A stretch of DNA of 63,947 bases, counting the filler, from Rhabdomonas costata (Eukaryota), in assembly GCA_019059605.1 (NCBI GenBank). It is 57 parts of 57 records of this genome, joined end to end, with 100 filler letters (N's around TTAATTAATTAA, not from the genome) between each part and the next. Parts side by side here need not be neighbours in the genome. Positions count along the whole stretch, not along the records: positions 1 to 1,025 come from JAHMHO010032858.1; positions 1,126 to 2,150 come from JAHMHO010032859.1; positions 2,251 to 3,274 come from JAHMHO010032860.1; positions 3,375 to 4,399 come from JAHMHO010032861.1; positions 4,500 to 5,523 come from JAHMHO010032862.1; positions 5,624 to 6,647 come from JAHMHO010032863.1; positions 6,748 to 7,772 come from JAHMHO010032864.1; positions 7,873 to 8,896 come from JAHMHO010032865.1; 49 more parts are not named here. One strand, given 5' to 3'. Shown piece after piece: positions 1 to 13,491 of this stretch; within the stretch, counting starts at the first letter, position 1; each line of letters begins with the position of its first letter. The position numbers and the translations under genes are program-made. Under the pieces are notes generated by a model. The model did no database searches, had not been told where the DNA came from, and saw only the letters and a program-made list of their open reading frames with translations.

Positions 1-1025
1 TGTTTTGGGTTGTTACCCACCAACCCACACGATGATGGGTTGACGTTATGCCCTGGTTGACTTCACCCTGTTGGCTTGGTACCTGACACACATAGAAGAT
101 AAGAGTTAATCGACGCCAACACAATGAATCAGCCAAAACACGCATAGTACATTGCATGGTCATTTACACACGTTTACTGTGGTGCCTATGGCCACAAAAC
201 AGAGCCCCACCACCCTGTTGTACCCTACTACTTCTATGGTTGCAAATGCTACGACGACAATCTTGGTTTTAACATACCACGCGCTACTATTGTGGGTGAG
301 GAACCAAAAATTAAGACAAGGCTCCAGGTGGGATGCGGAATGGAGGTGCTAACAGCGCGGCAGACTACCCATCCTGTTTTTATCCACCTACCCCGGGCAT
401 AATGTTGTAGATGGGCTAATACCACCTTGGCCAAAGCGTAAGGTGATAACATGACTTGCCACACCATCCACCAGACTCACAGGCGCCGAAGCTATCCACT
501 GGTAGAACACACAAGGTCACAATCCAAGAATACGTCGACAACCCTCGCACGAAACACTTCCAACCGTCACGCTCATTACCACCCGTCAGCCAAGAATCGG
601 TGACAAAGTGAAAAGGGCACGGAGCTAACTAGCAGCATGTCAAGTCATGGGGTAGATACTACAACTCTTGGCGTCCCACTTTCGCAGTCTCAGCCCTGCT
701 GTGCTGGGGACTTGCCGAGGTCACTGGAATTCGCAGACTGCTCCGGCTGAGAAGCACGTTAAGTGCCAGATTACAGCCTCTCATTGTGTTGCTGCCGTCC
801 ATGACAACCCTACCACTGCCCGTAGACCAAAGGAAATCACGAATGACTTCAAAAAAGGATCCGAAACTAAAGACCGAACCACGGATGCCGAAACCAAATG
901 CCGAAGACGAAATCAGAAACACGAATGCGAAACCAGAAGACGAAACACAAATGCCCACCCCAAAATCCAAACCCTTCACAAAACCCCACACCCCGAACTC
1001 AGAACCAAAGACCCAGTCACCAGAA

Positions 1026-1125
1026 NNNNNNNNNNNNNNNNNNNNNNNNNNNNNNNNNNNNNNNNNNNNTTAATTAATTAANNNNNNNNNNNNNNNNNNN
1101 NNNNNNNNNNNNNNNNNNNNNNNNN
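1026..1125. other. Artificial contig spacer (first of 56): N-run + TTAATTAATTAA + N-run, 100 nt
   Basis: The same block recurs about every 1124 nt up to 62824-62923. TTAATTAATTAA puts stops in all six frames and explains the ORF-track endings in X...LIN. Confidence 0.98.
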
Positions 1126-4100
1126 GTGGTGTTGGACCACCCCGCGGTGGGTACCCCGCTGGGTTCCGGTAAAGACGGTATTTGTTTTGTTGTGTGCATA
1201 TCTTCAGTGTCTCGTGCCATTTGTGTGTATGTGAGTTTTGCGCAAGCGCATTAGAGTGCCCTTGAACCATGTGTGTGCATGCGCGTGTCGTCGCGCGTTG
1301 GAGAGAGGCGATGTACATTCGAATGGAAACTCACAGGCAGGTGTCAATGGTACCCGAAACACATTTCAATCCTCATGAATATAAATTATCCACTAGCTGG
1401 CTGATTTCGGGAACCCCTCAGCAACCCAACGGACGCTTTGCCCCAACCTTATCTAATTTCCTCGGTAAGTTCCTCGGTCCTTTTAGGATTTTCAGGATGC
1501 CCTTCCCACTTTCCTTACTTTAGGGATTGCAAAGTAGGAGAATTCCGACCGGGAAATGGGAAACAAACCCCGGTCACCAGGATATTGAGCGCCGCATTAT
1601 TCATCAGGTCACAGTGGTGTGCATTAGAGGGAGTGACTGTCATCCGGGGGTGTCTCACCCTACAGCCAAGAGTAGGATGAGACTTTTTGTAGTCAGGTTG
1701 CCCAAACGAAGAGGAGCGGGAGAAACGTCTTACCAGTTGGTCATTCATGGCGTGAACAGGGCGCCGAAGATGGAGCGACGAAGAAAAGGGAGGGACTTCG
1801 GAAGGCACCACATGCATGAGACTGTTGCCCTCAAGATTGTACAATATACATGAGCCACCAAAATGGAAGTGACTGGCCTATGGGGTGCAACGAACAGCGC
1901 GCAGCCGTTTTCTGTGCTTCGGCTTGAGCCCCACTGATTGTGCATTTCGTGTCGTATCCACACACATACGCGTGGAAGCACGCACTTCAGTCTCATGAGG
2001 CTCACCCGCACACATGCATTCTCAACTCCCTAAACAAACAGCGGAAGTTGGCCCGCGGTGCGCGGGCTCCGACACCTCGCGGACTGCCCCTCTGCTGCCG
2101 CCGCCTCCTCCACCGTCAGACTTGCTATCTGTGGTGCTGTCGTCCCCACANNNNNNNNNNNNNNNNNNNNNNNNNNNNNNNNNNNNNNNNNNNNTTAATT
2201 AATTAANNNNNNNNNNNNNNNNNNNNNNNNNNNNNNNNNNNNNNNNNNNNGTGACAGTTTTTGCCCATATTTATATACGCGATGGTGACGCCTATTCGGC
2301 CACAATACATCCCAAACGTCAGTAACGGACGAAAGTCGACCGTGAACCTTTCGGAACAATAGCAATCACACAGCTGCGCGACATCTGATGAGTTGCATCG
2401 GCTAGCGCGGCTTCTAACCCAACACCCGAACCGCCACTCCCCTCAAAGTGAAGCGATACCCAAATGAAGCGGTCTCTGCATCGCTGCAGAGAGGACTCGC
2501 ATCGCCTCCGCCACCCTCCACTTCAGCACAGATCAGATCAGCAGAGAAAGGGCGAACAGAAGCGGCGGGAAACGCAAGGAAGGAAACTGCTCCTTTGCAG
2601 GGGCAAAGGAGCTACAAATCCAAAGGCAGGGGAAGGTGAACACAGCAAATCCAAAGTTAAACCTGAAATTGCGGGAAAGCCCATCGCTTCCGCAACCACA
2701 TATTTCCCTCGTAAACTCAAATGTTTTGGTTGTCCCTCGAAATGGGTAAGCTCTGTCCGCGCCAACGGCGGTGAAAACAAGCTGTACGCTCGCTTCAACA
2801 TACGTTTCCGTGGAATAGATCTGCAAGGAGGGAACGTCTCGACCTCTCTCCGCTGTCCGATTTCGACAGAGAAGAAAGGCTCTAGTACCGTCTCCCTGTC
2901 AGAAGAAAAGACAATGCGAGAAAGCTGCTTTTTGGGACGCAGATGTCCTCGCAGACAGCATTTGACCCAAAGACCTCGCCTCCGGTCGAAGCACCAGCAA
3001 CGCGGCAGAACAGCACCAACAGTACCAACAGTGGCCCTTCGGGACAGACTAAATTTCAGAAAAAGTGCACACCAACCTAAGAGTACAAATGGGGGTTAAC
3101 AATGCTGTGGCGAAACGCACGTCTTGGGTCTGCACGGCAGGATGGATGGGGAGAGTGCACGGAAGAAGAAGTCCCTCACAAATTTTCCTCAGCACTATGG
3201 CAACCTCATTCACACCCAACACATCGCGCCCTGCAAAATGCACAAACACTCTACACAAACGCACATAACAAACANNNNNNNNNNNNNNNNNNNNNNNNNN
3301 NNNNNNNNNNNNNNNNNNTTAATTAATTAANNNNNNNNNNNNNNNNNNNNNNNNNNNNNNNNNNNNNNNNNNNNTTGTTGGTTGGAACAAGAAACCCGAC
3401 CTCCCCAAGGAAGAGAAGGAGGACATGTTCGACGATCCAGCTAAATTCTGAAAAAAATCTTTTCTGCGTTGCTGACAAATTCATTGTCAAGATCCCCAGT
3501 TCTTTATATCATGCCATGTGTAATGCCAAATGCAAAAACACACCTGAATTACATCCGCCTTTGCGGATACCTTCTTTTTTGTTGTCATTAGATGCATGCA
3601 ATATTCACCTTTTCATCAGTGTTCCCTGCTTCGTTAACCACGCCATCTAAATTTTCTTACGGGCAATCTTTTAGATCACAATTGATGCAATAGACATTGA
3701 TCCACCCCCCCCATGGGATACAATAATAAATCACCATTTTTGCAGATTTTTTATTCCATATCGAATCCCCGCGCTGGAAAAGCCTTACCGCAGTTTAGAA
3801 ACCTCGGAGGACAGCGATTTGCAAAAGTAGGTGCCACTGTGAGCATGGCGAACCCATACGGTAATTTGTTAAATGGCCCCTTGTTTCATAGCAACGCTCT
3901 ACAAATTGAAAAATGCTGCCTCAGTGCATCTGCACTGCTTTGTGCTTAGTTTGCGGCTGCTATCTCTCTCGCGTTCCTTCCTGTAAATTGCCTGTTTTTG
4001 TGTTGCACTCTTTCAGAACTCTTGTGCCTCTTCCGCAGCCGTGAATTTAGAAAAGAATTCTTTTTTTTTTTTGGAAAATTCTCTTCTGTTATGGTGACGC

Positions 4101-5663
4101 TATAAAATTGGTATTCAAGAAATTTTCACGGCGTCCCGGCGGAAAAGATCACTAACTTTTGAATTGTTTAGCACTGCTATAAAAAATTCTTAATTAAGGG
4201 AAGATTTTTATCACCTCGATTTAGAAGGGGGGAGGGCTGCTAAGAAACGCTATCACGCTCGAGTTGGTCGCAGCGGTTCACGCGCCCACAGGCCACCTTT
4301 TGTGTCCTTTGCCTCTGACACTCAAACAGATCCACACAGACCCACACAGAACTTGGATATACGGTCGGAGGCACCCAGCTCAGCACTACCCCACAAACCN
4401 NNNNNNNNNNNNNNNNNNNNNNNNNNNNNNNNNNNNNNNNNNNTTAATTAATTAANNNNNNNNNNNNNNNNNNNNNNNNNNNNNNNNNNNNNNNNNNNNG
4501 GGGGGTTTTGCCGAGGTCTGGTTGCGACTTTTCGCTCTTTCTGTAATGTCGTGTTACTGAGGTGGAACCCTTTGAGGTTCGTTTTGATCGATTGCCGTGA
4601 GAGTGAAGTGGTGCGAATTCAGTTTTCGTCGCGTCTTGAGGGCTGGACCCTGGATTTGTTTCCTTATGCATTGTTAGCGAACAGAAATTTCGGCCCAAGA
4701 GGGTCTCGTAAAAGCCTAGTAGTAAATTTGAGCTCTTTTTCTGTCGGGTCTTCTTGCGTAATGCCCCTTGTTTTAAAAATCTGGGTTTTGAATAACAGCG
4801 CATTTGCGCATTTTTGGTCCAAGGGGAAAGGCTGCAGTTGTGTAGCGGCTTCCTCCTACGGACGTTTCCTGTAGAGAAGCATTTCCAGCATGGACAACAA
4901 TCCGGGAAACAACGGCCCGACGCCAGAGCTAGAAGACGCGTTGCGACCATTAGGGCTGCGGCCGCAGCGGGCTGCTCCGCGATGAACCTGGCTTTGATTA
5001 CACTCAGCCGCCTTTGGCGGTTGCGGTGCTTTCTCCTCCTTCAACTCCAAAACAATATCCCCTCGGCGAATTGCCTGCGCTTAGGCTGCCGTTCTGCGTG
5101 GATGGTGTGCTTTCGACCGCCTGATGCCTTTGGTGTGGTTTGGCTCCGCCCCTTTGGCCTTTCAAAGCTTTCTCCAATTCACGGCTTTTGCGGTAAAGGA
5201 ACGTGTCATCAGCAACAGCCCGCTCCCGCCAAATGACCTCGTACCACCCGTGGCCGTATTCTGTCTGGCGGTCCCATCCATTTGGCGTTGAGGATGGCCT
5301 GGATGCCGGGAGAATAGCAGCCCACATGGCGCCCAGCTCCAAAGTCCACTGGTCATGAGTCCAGTCGCTCTTTCGCTCTTCACACTTGCCGGGTGCTGCG
5401 AATCTACTGGGATTCGAAGGCGGCGGGTGGGAGAACGAGAAGTCCATCCGCCACCGCTAATCAGCTCTAAATGCCCTTGTTCAGCTCGGTGGCGGATGGA
5501 CTTCTCGTTCTCCCAACCCCACANNNNNNNNNNNNNNNNNNNNNNNNNNNNNNNNNNNNNNNNNNNNTTAATTAATTAANNNNNNNNNNNNNNNNNNNNN
5601 NNNNNNNNNNNNNNNNNNNNNNNTTTTTGTTGTGGAAAGAACTTAAAAAGCGGTTCGAGCACA

Positions 5664-6647
5664 ATGTCCTCACGACTCCCCGGGCTGCTGCCGCAGCTGC
5701 CGCACTACCTCAACCGGCCCCGTCTGAACAAGGACGCCCTGGAGGTGACGCGGATGTACAAGTCCCTGAAGCCCATGGTGGCGTTCCACGGCGAGGGCCT
5801 AACGTTCTGCCTCACCGGCACCAACCCCACGCTGTACAACGACACAACCTACCACGTTCTCAACCGCAGCCACCGCCCTACCCCTCCACCAGCACCACCA
5901 CAATTATCCATCCCACTCGCGATGATTTGTTTTGTTGGTTGCCCCATGCCTTTTCGTATGGACGCGTTATTTTCTGGGGTGAAGTATTCCACAAGGTCCA
6001 TTTTAAAAATCACGTCACAAACCTCGTCAGATTACTAACAGATACCACCTTGGGCTTCGCAGCACCTGACATTTATTTTTTTCATGCTGGCATGGTATGG
6101 TATTCGCAGAGAATACACGATGATGGAAAAACTATTCCGTGCAACTCCCAAGGACTTTGCAAAACGGTGCTTACGGCCCGTTTTTCGGGCTGTTTGGGAA
6201 AGGGTCTGCGCACGAGCGGAGGGCTGCTCATCTCGTGACGCGGCGGGACCCCTGCACTATCCGTGTTGAAGGAGGGCTTCCGTGCATTCGAGGGGAGTCG
6301 AGTGGAGGACTTGCATGTAAAAACTCAATTAACTTCACATGCACACCTGTCGTTGTGGCTGTGGACTTGATTCAATGATCCCCATCGGTATGGGTGGGTT
6401 GCAGATTCCCATCAAGATCTGGCTGGGCAAGAGCTTCCCGCGGTCCTACCCCGAGGTCTTCGTCACCCCAACCTCCACAATGTTCCTGGCGCCCAACCAC
6501 AAGGCTGTCGACCGCAGCGGACGGGTGTACCACCCCTACATCAGCGCCTGGAACCCTGAGACCAGCACCATTGCCGAGCTAGTGATCCAGCTGGGCGCGA
6601 CGTTCTGCCGCGACCCCCCGGTTTTCGACCGCAACGCCAACAACACA
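5664..6647 (+). CDS. VPS23: ESCRT-I Vps23/TSG101 UEV domain, 5' part, 2 exons
   Basis: Exon 5664-5855 (MSSRLP...CLTGTNPTLYNDTTYH), GT-AG intron 5856-6404, exon from 6405 (IPIKIWLGKSFPRSYPEVFVTPT...VDRSGRVYHPYISAW...PPVF). The phase-0 join restores the UEV motif LtGTipxxYxxxTYnIPixiWL. Confidence 0.9.
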
Positions 6648-8242
6648 NNNNNNNNNNNNNNNNNNNNNNNNNNNNNNNNNNNNNNNNNNNNTTAATTAAT
6701 TAANNNNNNNNNNNNNNNNNNNNNNNNNNNNNNNNNNNNNNNNNNNNACACCCGTTCCACGTGCTCCATTTAATGGGGGTGCTCGGCAAGTGTACTCTCG
6801 CTTTCTCTATAGCTCGGCACTTGCGACGAAAAACGATGAAAAAGCGAGCAGGAGGGAGAAGCCACCCCAATGATGGGTCCGCCATTTTGTATTAAGATCT
6901 TCATTAAAATCCCCGCCCCCCTTCCTGTACACAAAGTCTGCGATGAAGAAGCCTGAAAGGGAGCCTTCGCCCCACGACAAAGCCAGCAGCATCGTCTTCT
7001 CACCGGCAGGTAGGACTTGTCGTGAGGCTCACTAAGTGATCTTTCTCCTTTCAGTTGTTGTACTTGAGGGGGGGCGGAAGCTGTTTCCTTCAGCACGGGG
7101 CACGGAAGTGTGCTTTATTTTGTAGATTTAGGAGACGCCTTGCAGAGAACACCACAGCGATGCCTCCCAATGTCATCCATCAGTAGACTTTGTTTTGCAT
7201 TCCAGGCTAAGGCGCGTGCTCGCACACAGCAGCGGCAGTAGTAACCTTCATCACAAGCGTGCTGAGGTTCCGCCTTAATGCAAGTATCTGTGTGTGCGGC
7301 GAACAGCTCCTGCGAGGGCCGAGGCTGACGAAGACCTGTCTGCGGACAAAGAGATCGAACAACCGGAAACTGTGACGGGCCGACAGAAGGTTTTTCCTGC
7401 ACACAGAGTTTACATCGAAGGGTGAGTTGGGGAAAACATTGCGCAGCACCAGAATTGCACCGACTCCCCGCCCTCCGGGGGGGGATCTCTCAACACTGCC
7501 ACAACGAGGTCAGTGCCCATATCTGCGTTGCTAGGAAGAGAGCAGACGGCGAACCATCTGTTCCATCGTTGCGTTCCATCCTTGGTCACTCACGCTCTTA
7601 AGCAACCGAGGTCATAGCAAAAGGCCATGCAGCCAGGCTCAGGCACATCCGGCGGTACTTTAAAGCTTCCGGATTACCGGTACGCCGAGTTCCCATACTC
7701 ACTGGAAACGTGTCCTTTACCATCAATACCACCACTACCAGCAATACCCCCCCCCCCCAAACACACCCACAANNNNNNNNNNNNNNNNNNNNNNNNNNNN
7801 NNNNNNNNNNNNNNNNTTAATTAATTAANNNNNNNNNNNNNNNNNNNNNNNNNNNNNNNNNNNNNNNNNNNNAACATTTTCGCGGTTGCTGAGCAAAGCC
7901 TACACCCACACCCACACGTTTCACTTAGTGATTGTGCGCAGCAAGGAGGTCCTCGGTTGCTATAAAAGCTAGCATAAAGCTAGCATATACAAACTCCTAG
8001 ATGGCATTCGCCTAACCGACTGAAAATGGAGAATTATATTGTCCCAAGATAGAGGAAGGTGACCTTCAAAGGAGCTCACCAAAAGATACTAACTAAAAAG
8101 CACATTTATAATCATTACACGATTAGGTGTGCGCCAGAAGCTAATCGTCCTCAAAAAGTATCCGCACACCTACTCATATTTGTATGCCATTTGTTTTCAC
8201 ACCTGTACCTATCATGGAAAAAGTGATTGCATGACCCCACAG

Positions 8243-8421
8243 ACAGCGGGGACCACAGCATTGGGGTGTGGAGCACCGTGGAGAGCCGGCAGCTCACCGT
8301 GCTGCGCCGCCACCAGAATGCCGTGGTGGCCCTGGCCGCGTTAGACGACGACCTCTTCGTGTCCGCCTCACAGGATCAGACCTTGCTCCTGTGGTCCCTC
8401 CGCGATCTCACCGCGGTTCAG
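8243..8421 (+). CDS. WD40-repeat protein, internal exon
   Basis: Reads DHSIGVWS...HQNAVVALAALDDDLFVSASQDQTLLLWS, a WD40 signature. Flanked by CAG and GTTTGT. Confidence 0.8.
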
Positions 8422-11006
8422 GTTTGTGCAGGGTGTGTGTGCACACGTGTGGCGGCTGGCTAATTGCATCATCCTCTTCAAGTCAGGCGCTGGACCGGGC
8501 TTTCTGGCATTCGTAGTGCGGCTTCTTGCCTCTCGCCGCGGTCCGCTACATAGCTTTGAGGACCCCCCCCTCCCGATTATAATACTACTTGCAGCACACG
8601 TATATGGTTTTCAACTTCCGCTGTATTTGGGTAGCTTCGTTTGAAGGAAGTTGAAATGGGGGTGGGGTCTTTTTCCGGATGAGCTGCAATAGCATATTGA
8701 TATTTCCTTGTGGTTTCTTCTTTCGTGATCCGTGGTGGACGGGAAGTTCACATGCTGACTTCCATTTCCTTGCAACGCAGAAAACGAGCAATTTCCAGAT
8801 GGTGTCAGGTACTTTCGAGCTAATCTCCTCGAAACTCTGCAGACCACAAAAACCGCAACTTGCCCCCCCCCCGCTTTGGATCTGGACCACCCAAGGNNNN
8901 NNNNNNNNNNNNNNNNNNNNNNNNNNNNNNNNNNNNNNNNTTAATTAATTAANNNNNNNNNNNNNNNNNNNNNNNNNNNNNNNNNNNNNNNNNNNNGGTA
9001 ATGGTCCCCAAAAACCCGCGCAGAAACACACCACACCACCTGAACTTCTGTTACACAAGAAAAAAAGCGTAACATCTTTGAATTTCTGGCGCTCACTCCT
9101 TTTTGTCGTCGGTCGGGTTTTCCTTCCTCGCTCCTCCTCTCGCTTGCTTGATCTCCTTGACCGTCGGCGGCCTTGTTCTTCATGGGCTTCTTCGTCTCTG
9201 CCGTCGATCTCCTCCGGGATCCTTCTGAAAACAAACGCAGACAAAACTGTCCTCACTGCACTCTTCCTTGCTTGCATACTTCGCTTCCCTTCTCCCTCAT
9301 GACATTGCCTCTCATTTCTCTTCTGCACTGCTCCACACCTTCTCTAGCCACACCTACATGACTTCTCTCTCTCTTGTCACACCTACGGGATCTGGGCCGT
9401 GACACCATCCCCTGCTCTGGAGGAAGAGAACCAACGGTTCTCTGACGACCAATCCCTTCTCACGGTTTTACTGTTGTGTTTCCTCTTTCCTTCTGAGACA
9501 CTCTACGGCTATCGTCTACACGACCATGCCTGGCCTCCGCGCTTCTCTCCGGTGAAACCCCAGTGACTCCTGTCTTGGGTTTCTGCCACCACACAATGCG
9601 CACTTCCCTCTTTTCGCTCTTCATCTTCCGTCGTAAACCTCAGTATTCTCGGTCCATCCAACAACTGTCCATAATCTGCTGCGTCCAGTGCATACATCGC
9701 ATAGAACATGACCTTCACAGCGCTACAGTAGTTCCACTTCTGGTCCAAATCCTCGCGTAATACGAGTACTGAGTTCTCACTCTAACTTTACACCTTCTCC
9801 ACAGTGCTCCAATCACATCTCCGAACTCCGCTCTCTGACATGAAACTGCTTGATAGCTTGATAGCCTCTTGCAATGCCTCGCTGAGATGCACTCTTTCCC
9901 CACCACGCCACTCTGCTCGACCTCCACACACTCAAAGCTTGAGTAGTTAGTCAGCACACAATTGATCAGCACACATACTGACACAAGCCCTATGACACCA
10001 CGCTCTCGCCTCCCCACAACCNNNNNNNNNNNNNNNNNNNNNNNNNNNNNNNNNNNNNNNNNNNNTTAATTAATTAANNNNNNNNNNNNNNNNNNNNNNN
10101 NNNNNNNNNNNNNNNNNNNNNGGGTTTTTTGTCTTGCTGCCGATGTACCAACTATCGTGGTTTTCTCAGTTTGGTTAGTAGTTTAGATAGCAGATAGAAG
10201 TTTGGATAGCAGCAAGACAAAAAAAGACCGAAAAATATCCAATTATCGGTCCACCGATTCCAAACAAGATCTACTCCTGGCTATTTATTCTTCTTGAGCA
10301 GCAGAATCGCATTTTTAAGAGGCCACGTGAGCACTGTTTTTTTTAACCTTTTCAGGGCTGCGGACCGAGCCCAGGACAGAGGCTGCGTCCTGAAAAGACA
10401 CGAAAACGACCCAAATATGACCCCTTCACCCCGGTTCATTGCATTTGTACCCTCTGCCTCGGAGTCTCGCTGACCTTTTTGACTGGGGCGCTTCCCGCTC
10501 TCTCTTTCACACTGCCTCTTTATTTTTCAGAGTGATGGAGAGCAGCTGCAGCATTCCGCCCGCACAACGCTTCTTGGAAGCCTGCAAGAGGCCCAGGTGT
10601 GTATGTGTTCCTGGCTTTGTGCTAAGAAGGGCTGATCCCAGCCCGTCATCCCACGGAGGACCAAGAGATGTACCATTTTTGATTGAGTACTTCAGGCACA
10701 CATCCAATTCAGTGCAACAGTGTTTCACAGCGTTGCACCAAACCTTTGAGCGAGCGCAGTACTGTTCCTTGTAGGGGGACCTTGTAGGGGGAAGTATTGG
10801 GACCGTGTAAGAAGCATATAAACTGTACCGTTCTTTTCACTTTTTGAATATCTTAAGTAATAGGGGCTTGTGTGTGTACTACCACATAGATGTGAGTGTG
10901 GCGGAGTCTAGGAAAACAAATGATTGACATGCATCCTCCTCTCTCTTCTCTCCCTCCTGTCAACTCAAGGAGGCGCTCCTCCTCTCCCCTTCCCCTGCAC
11001 AAATAG

Positions 11007-11145
11007 GAGCGCGCCACAGTGCACTCGGAGCTGGCGCAGCTCAGCTCCGACCTGCGGCAGTTTCTGTCCGAGCTCCGAGAGAGCAGAGGGAGCCCTTCCT
11101 CCACTCCAGCCCCCCATCGCGTCTCCCCCGCGCTACCGCCCTGCC
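11007..11145 (+). CDS. Putative exon, unknown helical/coiled-coil protein
   Basis: Pyrimidine tract plus TAG acceptor, then GC3-rich ERATVHSELAQLSSDLRQFLSELRE. No family recognised. Confidence 0.3.
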
Positions 11146-12368
11146 NNNNNNNNNNNNNNNNNNNNNNNNNNNNNNNNNNNNNNNNNNNNTTAATTAATTA
11201 ANNNNNNNNNNNNNNNNNNNNNNNNNNNNNNNNNNNNNNNNNNNNATGGACAGGTTATCTGGTCCTCTGGCTCTCTTGTGAGCTTTTGAGGGCCTGAAGT
11301 TGAAGGTGGGATAGACGTGATGATTGGACGCGGAAGCGCTGAAATGAATAAATTGGGCGTTTTATTTGTTTTCCGCCTTTTCCCTGTCACGTTGACCACT
11401 TCTCTGCAACCTGTTGTTACCAGACTCTTCCTCTGATCCTCACAGACCCAAGCCAAAGTCCGTTTCTTCTTTACTCTTTGCCCCACATCGAGACGGAGGC
11501 AGACCGAGATTCGATGGAATCCCGACCTGAACGGAATTTATCTTTCCCTTGGATTTGGGAGAGAAGCAATATTGCGTCAACGTCAAGCCTAGTCCAGTGT
11601 CCTCCCCTTTAGGCTGCAAGTTTATCCTGCGCGTGCTGGACGTTCCCTTAAATACCGTACTCAAGCTCATCAGGGGGGCTTGATGTTGATTGCTCGGACT
11701 TTGCGCCCTGCTCGCAGGCAGGGAAACCGTGTTCCTGTTCCCCGTAACCCTTTGCATGCCTTTCTCTTGAATTCTTACAGTCCATTCGTTTTCATTTCGC
11801 GATTGCATTGGTGAAGCCTCTTTAGACACCGCAGTCAAGGAAGATGCGAGCGTCCTCCCGCTGCCTCGGGGCCTGCCTACGGACTTCCCTCGGCGTCCCG
11901 CCCTGGCATGCCCCTTCTTTATGGAGCTCTCACCGAGCCCTGTGCCGCCTTCAGACTGTCTCTCTATCTTCGAGTGCTGAACGGGGCTCGCCCTCTGCAG
12001 TTCCATTGCGGTGTCCCCGCAAGGACCCTCCTATTATTAGTCAAGCTCGTTGCTTCTCATCGGTAGAACCCCCTCGTCCTTCTGCGCGCACGGCAACCTC
12101 TACTGCCTCCTCGGATGGGTCTTCAAGTTCATGTTCTGTGTCCACACGATCTCCTCAAGGAGCCACGGCTGCGCCGTCTTCGTCTTCGGCAACCCGAGCC
12201 CCGCCACCAGCGGCTAAGCCGGTTGCCCTGCCAGACCGTACCCCCACCATCCAACCACACCCACCACANNNNNNNNNNNNNNNNNNNNNNNNNNNNNNNN
12301 NNNNNNNNNNNNTTAATTAATTAANNNNNNNNNNNNNNNNNNNNNNNNNNNNNNNNNNNNNNNNNNNN

Positions 12369-13282
12369 GTTGGGGGGTAGCCCGGCGGCCTTGCGGGCTT
12401 CTTTGTGCTCCTCCACAGCGTCGCACAGCATACTGGTCATCAAGCCTTGCAGCACCTGCACCAGGATGTGCAGCCCAAGGATCACCACGAGAATGAAGTA
12501 GATCACTGCTGCGGGGGTGGTGGCGTCCTGGCCGACAGAGAGACACACAGAACAAAGGAAGCCAATGGAGGCGCACCGGCTGGGCAGGTACATTTCATTG
12601 GGGAAGTGGGACCATACCGTATGCAGTCATGATATAAATGTGGTATACTTATGGCTCACAGCATTTGCGCAGTTACGGGCACGGTGCGACCACACCATGG
12701 CGTGGAACATGTTAAAGCTCCAGCCCTCCGTGGACATCGTCTGGAAGAGCGTAAGCCAGGCCAGCAGTATGTTGTCGAAGCTCACCGTGCCTGCAGCCAG
12801 GGGGGCCTGCAGGTCCATGCAGGTGGAGTTGCCGGGGCACTGGAAGCTCAGCCGGTCCAACGAGCATACCTTGTCCGAGTCCGTGCCGTACCAGAAATCC
12901 ACAACCTGCAGCCGGGCAGACCGTGCACGTACAGCGGCAACGAGTGCGGAGGTGAAACAAAATGACGGCACGACGAGGCAGAGAGAATTGTCCATGGAAC
13001 ATAGCAATCGTAATTAGGATGATAGGTGACCTCAGCGAAGCAGTGGCAGGGGCTGGGAACCGCACCTGCACTCCCGTGGTGGGGTCAACGCAGCGGTGCC
13101 CGAGCTGCCCGCCCCAGATCTGCACCCCGACGATTCCGAAGAACGTGAAGAACACCATCGCCAGCACCAGCAGGTCTCGCAGCACCACTTTCGCCCCGTC
13201 CAGCGCCCTGATCATAATCGTGGTGGCCTCCAGGTACCGCACCTGGTGCAGGAACTTGATCGCGAACAGTAGCCGGATCCCA
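12369..13282 (-). CDS. Voltage-gated cation channel (Cav/Nav-type Ion_trans repeat, S4-S6), 3 exons
   Basis: Exons 13282-13066, 12905-12696 and 12527-12369, with GT-AG introns of 160 and 168 nt in matching phase. S5 FFTFFGIVGVQIWGGQLGHRC, pore SFDNILLAWLTLFQTMSTEGW, S6 AVIYFILVVILG. Confidence 0.88.
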
Positions 13283-13491
13283 CTGCGTGGCGCCACACCC
13301 ACCCACAAGAAAATAAAAGGTGCAGCACTCACTCAGAATAAACCCAGCGAAAGGAATTCCCATCTACCTAAAAAAGACGAGACACCCCCACNNNNNNNNN
13401 NNNNNNNNNNNNNNNNNNNNNNNNNNNNNNNNNNNTTAATTAATTAANNNNNNNNNNNNNNNNNNNNNNNNNNNNNNNNNNNNNNNNNNNN

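Noticed and set aside
1070..1081. Regularly spaced TTAATTAATTAA as a CRISPR-like or biological repeat
   Set aside because: Always embedded in N-runs within a fixed 100-nt block; it is a six-frame stop linker used to concatenate contigs.
1575..1620. TnpB/Fanzor RuvC-III-like motif on the minus strand (HCDLMNNAALNIL vs HRDxNAAxNI)
   Set aside because: Spacing is off by two residues and there is no upstream CxxC zinc ribbon or RuvC-II Glu motif. A profile search of all three frames could revive it.
5428..5515. Perfect 29-bp inverted repeat as a terminator or MITE
   Set aside because: One arm runs into the primer-like contig end, as expected for an amplification fold-back chimera.
8997..10021. 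Degenerate retroelement remnants (also 1-1025, 37084-38107, 51692-52715, 61799-62200)
   Set aside because: These have strand-biased composition and broken frames, but I could not identify an RT, endonuclease or integrase motif.
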